Part shown: piece after piece, positions 61,245-64,000 of the stretch
How positions within the stretch are numbered: position 1 is the first letter of the stretch
Layout of the letters: every line of letters begins with the position of its first letter
Assembly: GCA_024626585.2 (NCBI GenBank)
Contig: JANKJI020000002.1
Location: forward strand, 247,696,894-247,760,893
Reading direction: 5' to 3'
Length of the DNA: 64,000 bases
DNA from: Ginkgo biloba
Lineage: Eukaryota > Plantae > Ginkgophyta
Notes under the pieces: model-generated
What the model saw: only the letters and a program-made list of their open reading frames with translations
Told to the model about the DNA's origin: nothing
Databases searched by the model: none
Translations under genes and position numbers: made by a program

Positions 61245-64000
61245 ATATATTTAGATATTATGAGTTGAATAAGTTTTAAAACTCCCATCTATCTAAGGTG
61301 GCGATGCGATATGCTCCATTTTTCAAGTATTTAAGGACAAAAATGGTCCTAACCATTTTGGGACGAATTTTACCTTTTTATCAAACACATAATTGAGTTT
61401 AACGACTTTTATATCCTATTATAAATTTTCTATACGTAAATTTTTGTTCACAAGAAATACGACTCCTATTATTATATGCCTCCAAATGTTGGTGAGTGAG
61501 GATTCTCTTCTCATCAATCTCCTCAAGTTTAACCAGACATGAGGCATTAATACCTTTATAATCCATCACATTTTGGGTCAAAATTCTTAGGGGATGGATT
61601 TTTATTTTGAGGGGAAAGACTACTTCTACCCTATAGATAAGAGAAAATGGATTCATTCTTGTAGGATTTTGAATGGATGTTCAGTAAGCCCATAAAGTAG
61701 GGAAAATTTTAAGATGATAGTCACAAGTGGGTTGGTTAATGGGTTTTTTAAGAATATTGACCAAGGTCTTATTAAAAGCCTTGGATTTTCCACTTTCCTG
61801 TGGGTAATATGGATTAAAAGTGCGATGCATAATTTAGAACTTATGGAAAATCTCGTTAACATACCAATTATAGAATTATTTATTTTTATCTGTTATGATG
61901 ACATCGAGTTTAAAAGCATGGCATATGATCTAGTCAAAATTGAACATAACAATAGTATGTTTGTCTATATGTGAAAGTGGGATTACTTTAACCCACTTGG
62001 TAAAGTACTCCATGGCTATAAGGATAAATTTGTGTTGATTTAAGGATGAGGGATTTATAGCATTGATAAGGTCTAGGCCCCATTTTGAGAATGGAAACTT
62101 AGAAGAAATATTATAAAGAGATTATGAAGGTGCATAAAATATGTGTGAATGTTCCTAATACTTATGACACCTATATACATAATCATGGACATCTTAAAAG
62201 ACAATTGACCAATAATAACCCATGCGAAGAATTTTTAAAGAAGTAGGTTATCCACCAAAATGGCACCCACATATGATTTCATGATACTCATACAATAATT
62301 TTAAATCTTGTATGGGGTTGAGACATCAATATTGGATGTCTTCAAAGCATATTTTATTTAGGGTATTACTAAGTATGACATATTCACATGCCATGGCACT
62401 AATCCATTACTTTTGTTTAAAGGAGGTTATTTGTAGGTAATATTGGGATTAAATAGAGGAAATAATATCCCTATACCATTCATGTTTGGTAATATCTTAT
62501 TTTTTGATGTGGAAAATATTTTCATCCAATAAGGAATTATGAACTAGCTCTTTCTCATCATTAGGAAAAGGTAAATCTACCAAATGTTTAGCAATTGCCA
62601 TCCCATTTTTGGATTTTTTCTTAACAATGGTGAAGTCAAATTCTTGTAAAAGGATGTCCCACCATCCATCCCTTCTATTGTGATTAGTATTTGATAGGAG
62701 ATATAGGAGCATATTTGACTAAGTATAGATGTTCTTGTGGGTATTAAGTAGATATTGCCATAACTTCTTAGTTGTGAAAACTAGGGCCAAGCATTGTTTT
62801 TCAACAAGTATATAGTTTAATTCATATAAAACCAAGCTTCTACTGATAAAATATACATCTCATTACTTTTCATTATGGTCCTTCTAGGATAACATTCCCC
62901 TAAGGGAAACTTTAGTCATAAAATTTTAAGTATGAGTGGCTTTTTGAATGAGGGAAGCATTAATATAGGAGCAGAGGTGAGATCCTCCTTCATTTTATCA
63001 AATTCTATATAAGTATATGGATACCAATAAAATGGTATATACTTTTTTATTATCTTAAGTAGTTATCATATTATAATTAAATTCAAAATTAATGATATAG
63101 CTATCTAAATATCCTAGTTTGCCTAAAAATAATTATATTTTTTTCTGGGTGCAAGGCAAAAGCATTTCAATAATGGCCTTAACCTTATCAAGGTTATGAT
63201 AAATGCCTTGAAGAGAGAAAATATTCTCAAGAATATTTTTGGATGAAATGAGGAATACTCAGTCAATATTTCTAACACTACTCAAATATGACCCAAAGAT
63301 CAACAAGATGATCCTATCATTTATGGGATAATCCCATATGCCTGTATTATTTTATGAATTAATTTTTGAAAAAAAAAATTCAATTCCATTTCATAAGTAT
63401 CACCAACATTCTTAAGTTTGAATGGAATGTCCCTATATGTGAATGTTCTATAAGGGGTTATAAATGAAGTTTTATGATGATCTTTAGGCGTAATGAATAT
63501 CTAGTTATAACTAGAAAATCCATCCATGAGGGACATGACATCAAGGCGTCTATTTGATTGAGAATATAATAACCAAAATGTAGTAAGAAATTATCTTTAG
63601 GACATGCATCATTTATGTTATAAAAATATATACATATGTGGACTATGCCATTTTTCTTTTTGATTGGTACTATGTTAGTAGCCCATTAAGGATAATTAAT
63701 GGGGGTGATAAAGATAACCTTAATTAATTTTTCAAACTCTTATTCCATAGATGATAAAATATTTGGATTAATAATGAATTGGCATTGTTATATAGGTTTG
63801 GTACTTGGGTTAACTATGATATAATGAGACATTATATCAAGGTTCATCCATTTTATGTTTGAATACTCCCAAGCAGGGAAAATCTTAAGGATTCTCTTAT
63901 TTATTCTAGGTATAATTAAATGGTGAATACTTTTAACATATAAATTAAGTAATATATATATTATAGGCGAATGTTTTAGAAAAATAAATATTTTACTAGT
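61245..64000 (-). pseudogene. RT-RNase H-integrase remnant of an Ogre/Tat-like element (same family as 24170-29660)
   Basis: Minus strand MSLMDGFSSYN*IFITPKDHHKTSFITPY; EKQCLALVFTTKKLWQYLL; LQEFDFTIVKK...AIAKHLVDLP; ICGCHFGG; PFSKWGLDLI; PFSLIYRVEVVFP. Confidence 0.88.

Overview
AT-rich, CpG-depleted plant DNA, probably from a large-genome gymnosperm (inferred from the Tat/Ogre, CRM and Athila content and the heavy C>T decay). It has six assembly gaps and no intact protein-coding gene. The window is a nest of decayed transposons. (1) An old Ogre/Tat-like element (PBS-Arg 14751, gag-pol ~24170-29660, antisense PMD gene ~30400-31420). Two elements inserted into it: a Tat element (4916-14296, TSD AGTTT, PBS-Asn, RT and RNase H deleted) and a CRM-like chromovirus (15857-23481, TSD GGTGG, PBS-Met). 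(2) Two Athila-like PBS-Asp starts carrying an unidentified Trp-rich region before gag. (3) An L1-like remnant holding a gag-protease-only TR-GAG element (40453-47640, minus). The 3' LTR of that element carries a MITE (41167-42202) and a solo LTR (42326-44709). (4) Two further PMD-bearing Ogre-like copies at 57.3-64 kb. Best leads: a conserved, apparently spliced antisense PMD gene in three retroelement copies; three independent hairpin or inverted-motif arrays in retroelement non-coding DNA; a template-switch inversion at an LTR-PBS junction; and one CpG-retaining island (58641-59170) resembling a promoter/5' exon. All alignments and translations were done by eye, so boundaries without TSD support are approximate.
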